DNA of 64,000 nt from the NCBI GenBank assembly GCA_951406725.2, contig OX597817.1, forward strand, positions 113,894,001 to 113,958,000. Reading direction: 5' to 3'. This DNA is from Octopus vulgaris (taxonomy: Eukaryota). The position numbers were made by a program, and so were the translations under genes. This document shows positions 50,911 to 64,000 of the stretch, in pieces (position 1 is the first letter of the stretch; each line of letters opens with the position of its first letter). The notes under the pieces are model-generated. The model did not search any database and was not told the origin of the DNA. It saw only the letters and a program-made list of their open reading frames with translations.

Positions 50911-53900
50911 TGCCACCCAGCCCCTCTGCCAGAGCCTTGTGGAGCTTTCAAGTGTTTTTGCTCAATAAACACTCACAACACCCAGTCTGGGAATCAAAAC
51001 TGTGATCTTATGACCGCAAGTTCGATGCCCTAACCACTGTACCATTGTGCCTCCACACACTAGCAACACTAAATAGAGACAGGTGCAAAAGCAAGAATTC
51101 AACACTCTGACCATTCATATTGCAAGCTAAAATTCAGTATGCATCTGCCTTGAATTCACAGACTCTGGTTGTGCAGATGCAAAATTCTGGGTCTACAAAT
51201 ACTTTATGGCAAGTCTTTGTTCTCTTTGAAATTCAAGATATGTTTGTTGCTGTACTAGGTGGTTTGTTTCGTCCCTTGTGGCAATTGTTTTCCCAACTCC
51301 ATTTCCGAGTGCATGTAAATCACAAGTTTATTATGCATGCAGGTCCCATTTCTGTCAATCAAAACTAATTGCTCACATCATAAGTTCTAAAATTTTCTTT
51401 CAATGAAGGCCTTATAAACAGAGATTTGTAGCACGAAAATCAGAGTGAATTTGGATTTTGTTGCATTTGATCCCAGGTGAATTTCTCCTGTTTTCACAAC
51501 TTCATACTCAAACCAGTGTAATTTTCCTAATAACTGTTTTCACAATTCTATACTCGACTTGGAGATGAATGAAGAATCAATGCAGTGATTTGAAATATCA
51601 GCCTAATCATCAATTACCTGTTGAAGCTCCCGATGTTCATATAAGATTGACTCTGTATTTTCATGAAGCCTTGTAAAAAAAATGTAGCAATAAATATTGT
51701 ATATAAACTGACTCCAAGTCTTTGTCATAACCAATGCTACACTCTATTATTACAGTGTTGGCATTTGATGGCAATTTGTTCTGCTATGGATCACACTATT
51801 CCATAGTGTATGCTTGCAGCTTAAGACTACCTGTGAGATTCACTAGTAGAAGATGGCTTAACTCACTTTGGATGTTTACTGACACAAATACAAATTACTT
51901 CATCCACTCAGCCATTTCACTTCTACATTATATTTTTTTTTTATAAATAACAATAATAATATGACATCCACACTGACATGCATTAAAATCACAGTCTCTT
52001 GCAATCATTTCATATTTCTTTCTGGTCAGATTTTACTTGAGCAATTTTTTTGCATATTTTACAAACTGTGTCTTATTTATCATGAAGTAAAGATGATTTT
52101 AATCTTTCAAGATATGCAGCAAGTATTTTTATTCAAACTGAATGTAACTTGACAGCTTTCTTCGTGATTGTACCAAGATATTGGAATGTTCAGCTTGTAG
52201 ATACCCATCAGTCAACTTGATAAACTCAGTTGATATATTCAAACCATATACTAGATGCCAGTTATTTTGTAATTTCTATGACTTTTCCTCAAGAGACAGT
52301 TGCATTAGTTAGGGATCATTGATAAAAATTGAGTCATAATCTGTTTTGCTTTTCTAGCTTTTTGACAATAAACAGTAATAACTCTCAACAAATATTTTTT
52401 ATTCCTTTGTCCATTCAATATTTGGAAAAGTACAGCTGATGATGTAATTAACTTCAGATGATATGCAAATATTTTTCATATTTCTGGTTACTTCAGTTTG
52501 CTTGACTGACAACACATTTCACTTTCAATTCAGAGTTCAGTGGTTTACAGAAGGAAGGGCAACAATAACAACAAAACTTATTCCATTGTAGAATGACCGT
52601 GCGAAAGGAGAGGTGATGAATGAATGACTCCTTTAAACCCCACACAGTCACCTTGCAATAAAAGCCAAAATATAGATAAATGAATAAGAGTGCCAGATGG
52701 AATAAGGAAGATGACACAACCATAGAATATTTAGAGAAAGGTTTTATTTAGATGTTAACATGTGGGTAGCAGAGTGTGTGTACATGTGTGTGTCATAAGT
52801 ACATATATAATAAGAACAATAGTAATAGACAGGCCGTCATGCATACAATAATGTGTATGTGTATACAAACAAGGGTGTATGTGTGTGAGATAAAATACAG
52901 AGCATAGAAAGTGTTTACAGAGTAGGGGACACAACAGGGCCCAAGCGGCCAAAGGTTGGCTGTTATCTGCTACGTCCGTATTTATGTTATATATGTCAGA
53001 GAGAGAGAATTTCACTAAGAGTACGCTACACCATCTTTGCTAACACAGAAAAATGGGCATAAAGCTAAATGTAAACCTTTTGGTTATTACATCAACCTCA
53101 TTATTTGTTTAACTGATTCTGGAAGGATTTGAATCCACATTAACTAATCCAGTTGGCTTTAGCAGAGTTCACTAGTTCCTTGGTTCTACCTCGATTTACA
53201 TTTCTGTTACATACATTGACTATTTAAATGTTCAGACTGAGCATCAGTTGCATCAACTTCATGAGTCTGAGATGGCTTGTAATATGTGAGACCTTAACAT
53301 ATTAGGTTAATTTGTTTAAAAAGGTGGTCAGTCCCTTAATTTATCAAACAGTATGAATCAAAGTCATTTTATTTAAATCATATCTTGAAATCATTATTAT
53401 AAACAGCCAAATTATCACAATATCAGAAGAGTGCTTTCCAGGCAAGTGATATGATATGAGACCATGTGTTGAAACTGTAGTACAGAAGACACACATTAAC
53501 CATCTGAAAAATACACAAAGGCTATTAACTTCACTTAAACACTCACTATTTGTTATTTGGTGTCAAAATTTTTGTCACAGTTCATGTGACTAAAGATCAC
53601 ACTAACAAGATTATACTGCCTCTATACCTTGAGGAATTTAATCATTTCTTTTCTATGTACAAAAACTATTGTTTATTTTTTATACATTTCCTGATATTTG
53701 AATAACCTCTTTAATAATCTTTTATTCTTTTACTGTTACTCACCATATGAATTTCCTTCTGATAGCAACAGTGAAATGAAACTGTTTCTAGTGAGAAAAA
53801 CGAACTACCTTATGGAAACAACTTATATGAAGTTTATTTACAATGTCTGACATTTGCATGTTCTTCTAAACTCTGTAACACACCTACAAAACATTTTAAA

Positions 53901-54433
53901 GAACAAAACAAAACAATCTTCTGGATAATAATCAAAGCAAAATTTCAGATGAAAAGTTTTCATCTAATAGAGAAAAACGACCATAAACATATTTTTCAAT
54001 TTCATTCAAATGTCAAACAGCTCTATGGCACAGTGTGATGTGTGGGTTGATATGCAACCATACTTTATGTAATTTCCTCATTTCTTTTCTAAGTATGAAC
54101 TACTCTTTATTTTCCTACATTTCATCATATTTGAATAATCTTTGTAATTATCTTTCACTCTTTAACTAGTTCCAACCAGTTGATTGTGGCCATGCTTAGA
54201 CACTGCCATTGCACATATTTGTCATTTTCAATAGACAACAATAATGATATGCATAGCTCACACATTGAGTTAATCTTATCACAGTCATGGTTGACATTTA
54301 AATGAAACTGAATTGTGTTGTGGTCTTTTTTCTCTCTCCTATTTCAAAATATTAATTATCAAATGAAGAATTCTACTGAATATCATTTAAAATTGTTGAA
54401 TAAGCAAAGCAGGACTGATCTACAAGCAATCCT

Positions 54434-54447
54434 CATACATACATACA

Positions 54448-54481
<34 letters not shown>

Positions 54482-54603
54482 CATACATACATACATACAC
54501 ACACACACGTACGTACGTACATACGTACATACATACATACACACACACACACACGTACGTACACACACATACATACATACATACATACATACATACATAC
54601 ATA
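54434..54603. repeat. (CATA)n/(CA)n microsatellite
   Basis: Direct inspection. Confidence 0.9.
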
Positions 54604-55071
54604 AAAGGCCCCTGAATATCTGATGAGTCCCACTCAAAAAATTTCACAGGATTCCTCCAATCCCACTGAATAGATTCAAAAGTGGTCATGTTCTGCCTTG
54701 CCAAATTTTTCTTGGAGATCTTGTATAAATACTTATTAACTTGCATACATGCATGTATACCTGAATTTGTACATGCATATATTTTAAATTTACAATCAAA
54801 ATTTTCAGGCTACTATCTAACACAAACTGTATGAAAATTTTGTGCCACATTTTACAAAATTGATCTGGCAACCCTGCTCTCTGAATTCATTAATGTATTC
54901 ATAATATAGTTGTGTTTTTTAACTCTCAACCATGGTTCCAGTCTCCTGCAAAAATTAATATTTCTGAAGTTGGTGACATGAAAGTTTAAACTTTAATTAT
55001 ACAAACACATTAACCAATAATTCTGAATCCTGAAGGGTTGGTTCTATTTTATGTTTCATTTCTCTAAGTCA

Positions 55072-55821
55072 TTAATCCTTTAGCTTTCAGGTTACTCTTT
55101 CAAATTCAATGCTTATTTATTCATATTATTTTGAAAAAATCATGCATTAACTTGTAGCTAAGAGATTTTCATAGTGTGATTGCTTACCGTAAATCCTCAA
55201 GTATAGTCTGCCCTTGAGTATAATATACAGGGGATTTTTAGGGGGCTGTACTTCTGAAAAACCTAAACCTTGTGTATAATACGCACCCCTTCTCTAACTT
55301 GAGTCAAGGAGGCCTATATAACGTCCTTGGTTTGTAAAAATGTATACGGTAACATCCTTTATTATTATTGTATATATAACAATGCAAACGTATAGCTTTT
55401 TTGTGCTTTTTATTTGCAGAAAATAAAGAAATAACAGTAATAACAGTAATAACATTTGATAAATGTTGCTTACTGCATGTTATGGATGATTCTTTTATGA
55501 CTTCATTGCTTTCAGGCTTAGCTTAAGGTATTTTCGCGCACGACATTATAAAATGCATCTGAATAAACATTGCCAGACAGCAAATAGAGACTCGGACATT
55601 GCTTAGAAAATAATTTTCATTTTTGACCTCGTATATAGTATGCACTAGGGATTTTGACCTTTAAATTATGGGGAAAAAAATGTGGATTATACTCGAGGAT
55701 TTATGGTATTTTTAGAATTTCATTGTAGGATAGGTGTGAGAAGTCAGATCTGGTCAGTTTTAACATGAAACTGGTAGAATATTTAGGCCAGATATGACCA
55801 GCTTGAATGTTAATGGGTTAC
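55072..55821 (+). mobile_element. piggyBac-type MITE split by a Tigger/pogo-type MITE
   Basis: ttaatcctttagctttcag...gattgctta | insertion | ttttagaat...gaatgttaatgggtta. Confidence 0.7.
55187..55706. mobile_element. Tc1/mariner superfamily (Tigger/pogo-like) MITE
   Basis: TA-CCGTAAATCCTCAAGTATAGTC ... GATTATACTCGAGGATTTATGG-TA: 22-bp TIRs with 3 mismatches and a TA TSD. Confidence 0.85.
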
Positions 55822-56244
55822 AATATATATACCAGTAATATGCTTGTGTCGTTGTACATATCATTAACAACTCCATTCTCTTACAAAAATCAATATTCCT
55901 GTAGTCCTTAATATGAAAGTTCAAACTCATTACAATACAGACTCATTGATCTATAATTTTCAATAGTTTAGTGCTGAGGCTTGCTATGATATGCTAGGAA
56001 CCTGCACTACACTGCTTTTTTAAAATTCATTGAACTTCCAAGTCTTTATGATCAGTTGCTCTTTTATCTTTTAAAATGTGTTTATTCTGTTCCAGGAATC
56101 AATATCAATGATTATAATGTTGTTCCTATCCATATTTTATGGGAAAAAAGTTATTTTCAAAATCGGTTATTTTTGAAAATTTCAGTTTATTCCTTTTGTT
56201 ACACATTCAAACAATTGATTTATATGAATCAAGTGAAAAAGAAT

Positions 56245-56725
56245 GAGGTGTGGCTGTGTGGTCATAATTTTGCTTCACAACCACATGACTCTGGGTTCAG
56301 TCCCACTGTGTGGCACCTTGAGTAAGTGTCTTCTACTATAGCCCCATGCTGACCAAAACCTTTTGTGTGGATTTAGTAGATGAAAACTGAAAGAAACTTG
56401 TTGTTTGCTTGTATGTATGTATGTATGTATGTATGTATGCATGTATGTATGTATGTATGTATGTACATACGTATGTATGGATGGATGTATATCTATGTAT
56501 GTATGTTTTTGTTTGTATTTATCCCACCATCACCACCATAACTGCCACTTGTCAACTGGTGTTGGTGTGTTTATGCCCCCATAACTTAGTGATTTGGCAA
56601 AAAGAGACCAATAAAATTAGTATCAGACTTAAAAAGTAAATACAGTGGTCAATTTGTTCATCTGAACCCTTGAAGGCAATGCTCTGGCATGGCTGCGGTC
56701 TAATGACTAAAACAAGTAAAAGATA
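56245..56725 (+). mobile_element. tRNA-derived SINE, family S1 (full length, internal (TATG)n)
   Basis: Head gtgtggctgtgtggtc...gggttcagtccc, full body and 3' end. Confidence 0.8.
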
Positions 56726-57040
56726 TAAAATGAAGATATTTCCAGATCATTCCAACAATAAAATGAATGATGATATGTCCTTCTTCTATCCAAACCAGTT
56801 GAGATTGTAATATTTCATTTTTGTTTCTTTTACTAGCTTAAGTCATTGGACTGTGGCCATGGTAGAGTAACCACCTTTATTATATCAACCCTGAGTCTGA
56901 TACTTATTTTTATCAACCTATTTAGAAACAAAGAAGGAGGTCAACCTGGGCATAAAGAGATATAGCTGAGCAGAATGAAACGCCAGAAGGTATTTTTGTT
57001 TGAGGCACCAACTTTTATATCTCTTCTATGTGTGTGTGTA

Positions 57041-57250
57041 GGCTGGAGAAAGTGCAGAGAGCTTTTACCTTTTGTTAGTAACCAATGGTCTCTCTCTCTC
57101 TCTCTGGGTGAACAGAAGATTGTATGATGCATATGTGTGAACTGTAATACTGCATCGTAGTAAAACGTGGGCACTGAATGCAGAGGACATGCAAAGACTG
57201 AAGAGGAATGAAGATGGATGTGCAATGTGTGTGCATCCATATAAGCAAAT
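57041..57250 (+). pseudogene. RTE LINE RT C-terminal fragment
   Basis: GWRKCRELLP...RLYDAYV*TVILHRSKTWAL...RLKRNE..RWMC, frameshifted. Confidence 0.7.
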
Positions 57251-60200
57251 CAAGGCAATAATTGTGGTAAATAAGAAGTTTATATTCTGGTGGACCCATC
57301 CTTCAAATCCAAGGCCTTGAGCCTATATTTCTAGTGGAACAAGGTTGTAAGGTGGCAGAACTGTTAGCATGCTGGGCAAAATACTTTGCAGCATTCCATC
57401 CGTCTTTACATTCCAAGTTCAAATTCTGTCAAAGCCAACTTTGCCTTTCATTCTTTTGGGATTGATAAAATCAGTATTGGTTGAGCACTGGGGTCAATGT
57501 TATTGACTTATCCCCTCCTCCAAATTTGCTTGCTTTGTACCAAAATTTGAAAGCAATATTTTTAGTTGAACCTTGTAGGTATTAGTTATGAGTTATCTTC
57601 TGTGTTCAAATTCTATAGAAGTTAATTTTGCTTTTCATTCTTCTGAGGTTAATTTTGCTTTTCATTCTTCTGGAGTCGATAAAATATATTGACAGTCAAA
57701 TACTGGAGTTGATTTAATTGAGATAACTTAATCAAAAATAGCTATACCAACATTTCTGTGGAGGTGAATAAAAAAACCTTAAAAAACAGTTTTTTGTGCT
57801 TCAAGCAAATTTTCTAAAAATAGTTGCATCTGTCTTCATGTTCTAATGGAAATAACTGGAATATGAACACCATGATAAGAGAAAGTAATATAAAAATAGG
57901 CAGTGAATTGGCAGAGTCACTTAAGTGGCAGATAAAATGCCTTGCAACATTTATTCCATTTCTTTGTGCTTTGAGCTAAAACCCTTTGAGTTCAACATTG
58001 TCTTTTCTCCTTTCAGAGCTGATAAATAGAATATCAAATCCATGGTGATGAATTGGCAGAACTGTTAGAGCATCAGATGAAATTCCTTGTGGTATCTGTT
58101 TTATCCCTATGCATTTTGAGTTCAATTTCTGCCTCCTATCATTAATCTCTTCATAATGAGTAAAATACTCTCTGTTGGGACCTGACCTATGATAATTGTT
58201 CTCCAGTATCAGATAAAGCAAAGTTAATTGGATCAACATTTCAGTCACATCCTTAAAAACAAGTATAATCTCCCTTTTCATCCCTCTCTCCCCCATTCTC
58301 TCTCACTTTTCTTTATCTATCTATCTGTCCTCAGTTTTGATACCTCTAATCAGCAAACAGATTGGGTCAATATGATATATAATGTGACATAATCTAATTG
58401 TGAGTGATAATCTGTAGATTAGTCTTCTAGTCTCTAGTTTCTATATTGTTAAAAATTGGTTTGACCATGAGAGGAATCAACATATTAATGAGGAATCCAG
58501 TGCAACATTCTTTCTTTTATTTTCTCATTCTTCTGATCCTTTTACTTCTGATCCTTTTACTAGATTCTTTCTAAGGAAATTACTCATTGTTTGCCTTCAA
58601 TTGCAAAAATCATTAAAGTTTACAAATATTACAATTTCGCTTGATACCTCTTCATAAACAGAGATGATTATGATGTTTCTTTAAAATTTATTTTCATGGT
58701 TTGATCAGAAGAAGAAGGCATTATACATGAAGTTTTTGCAAGATCTCCAAGATAGATGAGAGAAGAGGCAGATATCATACATGGGCTGAGGTAATGACTC
58801 AAATACTTACAACACATTTGCCTTTGCACCAAAGAAGAGCTATAAGTACACTGACAAGTTTCAGTTTTTTTCTATTCAGTTTTACCCATAATGCTTAGGC
58901 TGACTTTAGTCTATAGCAGAAAATGCTTACCTAAAGTACCTTGCAGTTAGATTGAACCTGGAACCATGTGATCACAAAGTAAACTTCTAAGTCACTGAAA
59001 GAGTTTGAAAATCTAATATTACAATGATATTTCTATTCAGTTCCTTATAATGTGCAGTTGAATTGTCAATTTTCTCATCTTATATGTATCTCATTGTTGT
59101 ATCATTGTTTAGCCCTAGTTGAGCCTTGACTGAACAGATCTCTGATCAAAAATATTATAGTTGCCAACATTGTCTTTCACTCAGACAATGTAACTGTATA
59201 GAGGCTCTCTAACTGACTTGTTTATCCCATAATTTTCAATGAATGAAGTTGGAGGTAACGCATTATTGTACCATCCAAAAATTTGACAGGATGGCACAAA
59301 AGCTATTTTCAAATTTTCCCAGATTCTATGTATTTAACTTTTGGAAGGCAATTTTCTTTTCTGTTCATTTCCTTTCTAATGCTTCAACAATATAAATTAT
59401 CATATTTCCTGGTTGTGATGATGCTCTTATTTTAAAGATGCACTACCAATTTTGAGATAAAAACAAAGTCTTGGTACTTTTAAATATTTTACCAAGATGC
59501 TTTGTTAGTGGTTAAATGACATAAATCCTGTCCATTTCTTGTAGTTAGTATTTTTCCTTTGACTTTTGATCTGAAGTTTAGCATATATGACCCAACTCTA
59601 GGTTTAAAATTGGCTTTTGATAAATGTAAGCTCTGTCCTCTAGAATGCATAGTGAATTTTTAAGACTTATTCTAAAGGAGAAAAAAAATTGCATCCTTGA
59701 CACCAGTTATGAAGAGAGAAATATAAATTGTTGAAATTTTGGTTTATTCATTTTTAGTAACAACATATGCTGTGTATATCGTGTTGATAATGTCTGATGT
59801 TTGTTTTTTTATTCAACATTTTTAAAGCTATTTTTAATTTCTCCAGCTGCTGTCTGGTAAATTAATCCTAGCATCAACTAATTAAAACTTGGAAATATTT
59901 CAAAGTAACATGAAGGCATGAGTTATGATTATAAGAGGTTCTATAAACCATGGTCTGATAAGATTACTAGAAATCAGAAAGAATTGATCCTGCCTGTTAT
60001 GATAAAAACACCACTGTTATTTAGTTGATTAAAGCTAAAATATATTATTTTTTGACCAGTCAAGAAAGGAGCCTATATGTGGTTGTTCTACCAGTTAGAA
60101 AGAGCAACTAAATTTCCTATAAATGGCATACTACCATGTTAAAAAAGATGATATCTGAGACAAAACAGTATGATATTGTATTAGCAATATGATGCCCATT

Positions 60201-60751
60201 AAAAAAAATATTAAAGATGAAATAATTGGGACAGAAATATTTTTGATCATTGATCGTTTTAATCATATTCAAATTAGGACTAAGCAATGTAATAATAGTA
60301 TATTATATATGAACATTGGCTGTCTGAATATATCTGGATATTGACTGAACAGTTCTGAACTAGAAGATTTGGCTATTTTTGAAAGTTCTTCTTGCATACT
60401 ATTTATATAGAATATGTAGTGAGATATTGGTTTCAAATTTTGGCACAAGGCCAGCATTTTGTGGGGAGGGGTTAGTTGATTACATCAATCCCAATGCTCA
60501 AATGGTTCTTATTCTATCAACCCTGAAGGAATGAAGGGCAAAGTCAACCTTGGCAGAATTTTAACTCTGAATGTAATGACAAACAAAATGTCAATTAGAC
60601 ACCAGTTCTAAAGGCATTGTCATATCCTTGATAAGGCAGGACTTAAGAGTCCTCTCAACCCTAATGCTTATTTCATTCATTCACTAATCCTTTTGGTGAA
60701 TATTCTGGGTACATTTCATTGTGGCATCAGCACTTGTGGGAATGTCAAGTC

Positions 60752-61696
60752 ATCTAATATAATAAATGCAGAAACTAATTTCTGTGTGTCAGTGTGTCAC
60801 ACTCATACCCCACTCTCACTATTCAGTTACACTCCTACTATTCCTCATGATGGGGTGAGAGTAATAGTAGGCATAGAGATAGTGAGGGTAGTGGTGAAAA
60901 CAGAGAGAGAGAGAGAACGAAAAAGAGAGGGGGGGGAGAAAGACAAAGAAATTTAGGGAGAATTGATGATGTTTTATTAAAAGTAGTAGTGTTGATAGTG
61001 CCAGTGAGAGTAATGATAAAAGAGAGAGAAAGAGGGAGATGATGTACAACTTTGTTTAACCATGTCTGTTTGACAGAAATTCCTGTCGCCAACATACTCA
61101 ACACAATCATTTTTGTTTTATTTTTTGCTTTCCTTAACACACACACACATATATAAAAGATACTTTAATTGAAATAAAGTTTCCCCAAAATTAAACGGCT
61201 AATATAATAAATGCGAAAACTAATTTCTGTGTGTCAGTGTGTCACACTTAGACCCCACTACTCAATGACACTCCTACTATTCCTCATGCTGTGGTGAGAG
61301 TAGTAGTAGGCATAGAGAAAGTGAGAGTGGTGGCAAAGAGAGAGAGAGAGAGTGAGGGGGAGAGAAAGAAAGAAAACGAGAGGGAGAGAAAGCGAGACAA
61401 AGAAATTTAAGGAGTGTTAATGTTTTATTAAAAGTAGTAGTGTTGATGGTGGCAGTGGGAGTAATGATAAAAGAGAGAGAAAGAGTGGGTATGTGAGAGA
61501 AAGAGGGAGATGATGAACAACTTTGTTTAACCATGTCTCTTTGATGTTGCCAATATAGTGAACACTATCATTTTTGTTTTATTTTTTACTTTCTTTAATA
61601 CACACACACACATATAAAATACACTTTAATTGAAATAAAGTTTCCTCAAAATTAAACATCTAATATAATATATGTGAATGTCAGTGTGTCATACTT
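60752..61696 (+). mobile_element. tandem ~450-bp non-autonomous Helitron-like units (2 full + 1 partial)
   Basis: Units start (at)ctaatata.taaatgc...aactaatttctgtgtgtcagtgtgtcacact at ~60752 and ~61199, with a partial third at ~61658. Both full units end aaagtttcc.caaaattaaac. Confidence 0.65.
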
Positions 61697-61931
61697 TTTC
61701 AACATTAATAAATCCTTTCTACTGGAAGCACAAGGCCTCAAATTTTAGGGGAAGGGATTAAGTCGAGTACATCGACCCCAGTATGTAACTGGTACTAATT
61801 TTATTGACCCCGAAAGGATGAAAGGCAAAGTCAACTTTGGTGGAATTCGAACTCAAAACCTAATGGCAGACAAAATATCGCTAAGCATTTTGCCCAGAGT
61901 GCTAACAATTCTGCCAGCTCACCATCTAAAT

Positions 61932-62452
61932 ATCTACTACATATGAGGAAAATTGGTGTGTGTTTATTAGTGGTGTTGTTAGCTAACTCTTCCTACATTG
62001 TTTTATTGATTTTGATGAAACTTGACATGTGAGTAGAACTCACGTCTGGAAACCTCATAACATACTTAGATTGTTGAAAAAATCGATAACATGGCCCCTG
62101 GAAGGGACCTTTATATCTACCTCATATAACTAATTTTTTTAAACACCCAAGGGAAATAACCCATACCACCTGCACAATGTTTTTTAAGCACTCAAGGGCA
62201 ATAACCCATTTCATTGTTTGTGTTCAATTACTTTGAATATTGGTTTTTGTGTGCCCAATGTCTAGTTTTTGCCAACAATATACTCTTATACTTTATTTGA
62301 CATGTGAGTACATGTCTGGAAACCTCATGACGTATTTAGATTGTTGAAAAATGTCGATAATAGGGCCCCTCCAATGGATCCTTCTGTCTACTACATATTA
62401 CTAATATTTTATTTAAACAACTCAAAGGAAATAACCCAAACCACCTGCAGTT
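61932..62452 (+). mobile_element. non-autonomous Helitron-like element with internal ~150-bp duplication
   Basis: atctactacatatgagg...gtgtgtgttt...aactcttcc...gattttgatgaaacttg 5' signature. The ttgacatgtgagta...gtctggaaacctcat...aaataaccca.accacctgca block occurs at ~62022 and ~62297. Confidence 0.5.
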
Positions 62453-64000
62453 TTTAGTGAAGCAATCAATATTTGATTCTCATGATCAGCTGACCTAATT
62501 CTGCAGTTCCCTACTCACAGTTTTGAACTGCTAAACATTATTATTGCACTTCCTTAATTTGAATCTTAAACATCAAAGACTTCATTCATACATTTCTATA
62601 CATACGTACTTTTTTGAATGCCCATTACTCCGATAATTCTGCATTTTTAGAGTTACACTTTTTTCAAGACAGTAGATAAATTTTTTATTCCACAACGTAT
62701 TTGTAGTGACTTCATGCAAACATAGCGTGGATTCAATCCTCGATTGCCAAATTCCACTTAACACTTCAACAGCGCTTTTCTCATGGTAAAACAATAATTT
62801 TTCTGTGAATGACAGCAGTTATACATTTCTCAGATGCCTTCGCTAAGCAGAATAATGTCTTTGCCACTTGACCCTTCTAAGCTCTTCTAGGCCACCAGGG
62901 GCTGGAATAGAGATAACAGACCTCCAACAAAATCATTTTTTCTCAACAATATGCCTATCCTTCTGGCTGCTTTTCCATAGTTATAAAAACAAGAACTCCG
63001 TAAGCTAAAGGCAGTTACTGAGAGTGACCATCAGTGAATGTGAACGTTATTATTGCCCTTTCTTCAAAAACTTCATTCATATATTTATATACATACAATC
63101 TCTCCCTCTTCCAGCTGACAGTTTTTGTGGTAAGGGTAGGTGGACAGTGATACTGGTAAGTGATAAATGGCAATAACAAATAGTTCATGTAGGGGAAAGT
63201 GAGTGATGACTGACTACTGGTAGTACAGAAAGGATGATGGTTAAGTGCATTGAGCACAGACAGGTATGATGCAGTCTCTTATATATAGGCTTTGTGATGG
63301 GTGAGAAAGGTAGAATGATAAGGGTGGTATTAAGGGGTATTGCACACAGGTAGGTCCTGTTCAATCTATCATTACACAGGTAACTCTTGTGAGTGGTAGG
63401 GAAATGAAAAGGAGTCAAATATTGCAGGAAGCAACAAATGTAGATTTGACAGTAGATTTTACATTCATTTACTAAGAATTTGGTCTTTCTTACTTTATTA
63501 TACATATATTCTGAGTTGCCTTTGTAGTGTAATTCAATGTATTCTTCTCAAATTATTTCTTCTTCAGCTAAATCAGCATGACAATTAAATAGGTTTACCA
63601 TTTATGGATTTACTTCAAAGGAAAATTAATCAGAGAATCTTTTGTTCATGCCAGTTCTTAATGATAATAAGTGTTCTAGAATATGCTTTATAATCTATTT
63701 TAAGTGAAGAACAAATTTTTGCTGGCTCAGACATGCTGTGAAATATTTTTTTAAGTAAATTTGCTTGAAAAATTTCCAAGATTTCAGTAAATGATTTCAA
63801 TACTATTTAAAAAATCAATCAAGATAATGAATTTCTTTGAAGGTAAAATGATACTTCATTAAGTTTCAATATATCCAAGCTTGGTAATATATGCTATTTT
63901 TATGTTTTCTTATTTCCTTAGCAATATTTTCCTCACTCTTCTCTATCTTGAAAGTTAAATACTGCACTGAAAAAGGCTCACAAATTTTACTAAGCAATTT

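Noticed and set aside
51100-52480. Possible decayed transposase or other coding remnant on the minus strand
   Set aside because: The composition looks coding-like, but there are many stops and I could not recognise any motif. It needs blastx.
54612-54680. CTGATGAGTCC, the start of a canonical hammerhead
   Set aside because: No matching GGAC-GAAA core or stem III/UH follows.
59847-59856. Plus-strand 10-nt micro-exon (ttctccag|CTGCTGTCTG|gtaaat); similar candidates at 4861-4886 and 58709-58790
   Set aside because: Splice-like motifs alone are expected by chance in 64 kb of AT-rich DNA, and the 58.7 kb candidate has stops in all frames.
62582-62794. 70-aa minus-strand ORF with possible splice sites
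   Set aside because: No recognisable homology and a weak acceptor, so it cannot be distinguished from chance.

Overview
This is AT-rich eukaryotic (metazoan) genomic DNA, almost entirely intronic or intergenic and dense in repeats. The SINE, RTE and microsatellite repertoire resembles that of Octopus (inferred from repeat motifs, not from a search). No intact protein-coding gene is recognisable, and most of the ORF track is microsatellite or repeat translation. Decayed transposon coding remnants: Helitron Rep/helicase (45.9-48.2 kb), Tc1/mariner N-terminus (22.2-22.7 kb), several RTE LINE pieces, a CR1-type LINE 3' end and a Gypsy RNaseH/integrase piece. Also present are piggyBac-, Tigger/pogo- and hAT-type MITEs and several tRNA-derived SINE families. 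A CpG-retaining region at about 25.8-27.6 kb has CCAAT, TATA-like and CRE motifs and a candidate minus-strand first exon, so it may be a (bidirectional) promoter. The most interesting signal is a set of minimal hammerhead-ribozyme elements. One family joins a tRNA-like Pol III head to a Penelope-type type I hammerhead. It sits as a head-to-head inverted dimer bounded by 12-14 bp target-site duplications at 8.8-9.2 kb and 30.5-31.0 kb, with an older single arm at 16.3-16.6 kb. Two unrelated hammerhead-like elements lie at 21.5 kb and 37.9 kb.
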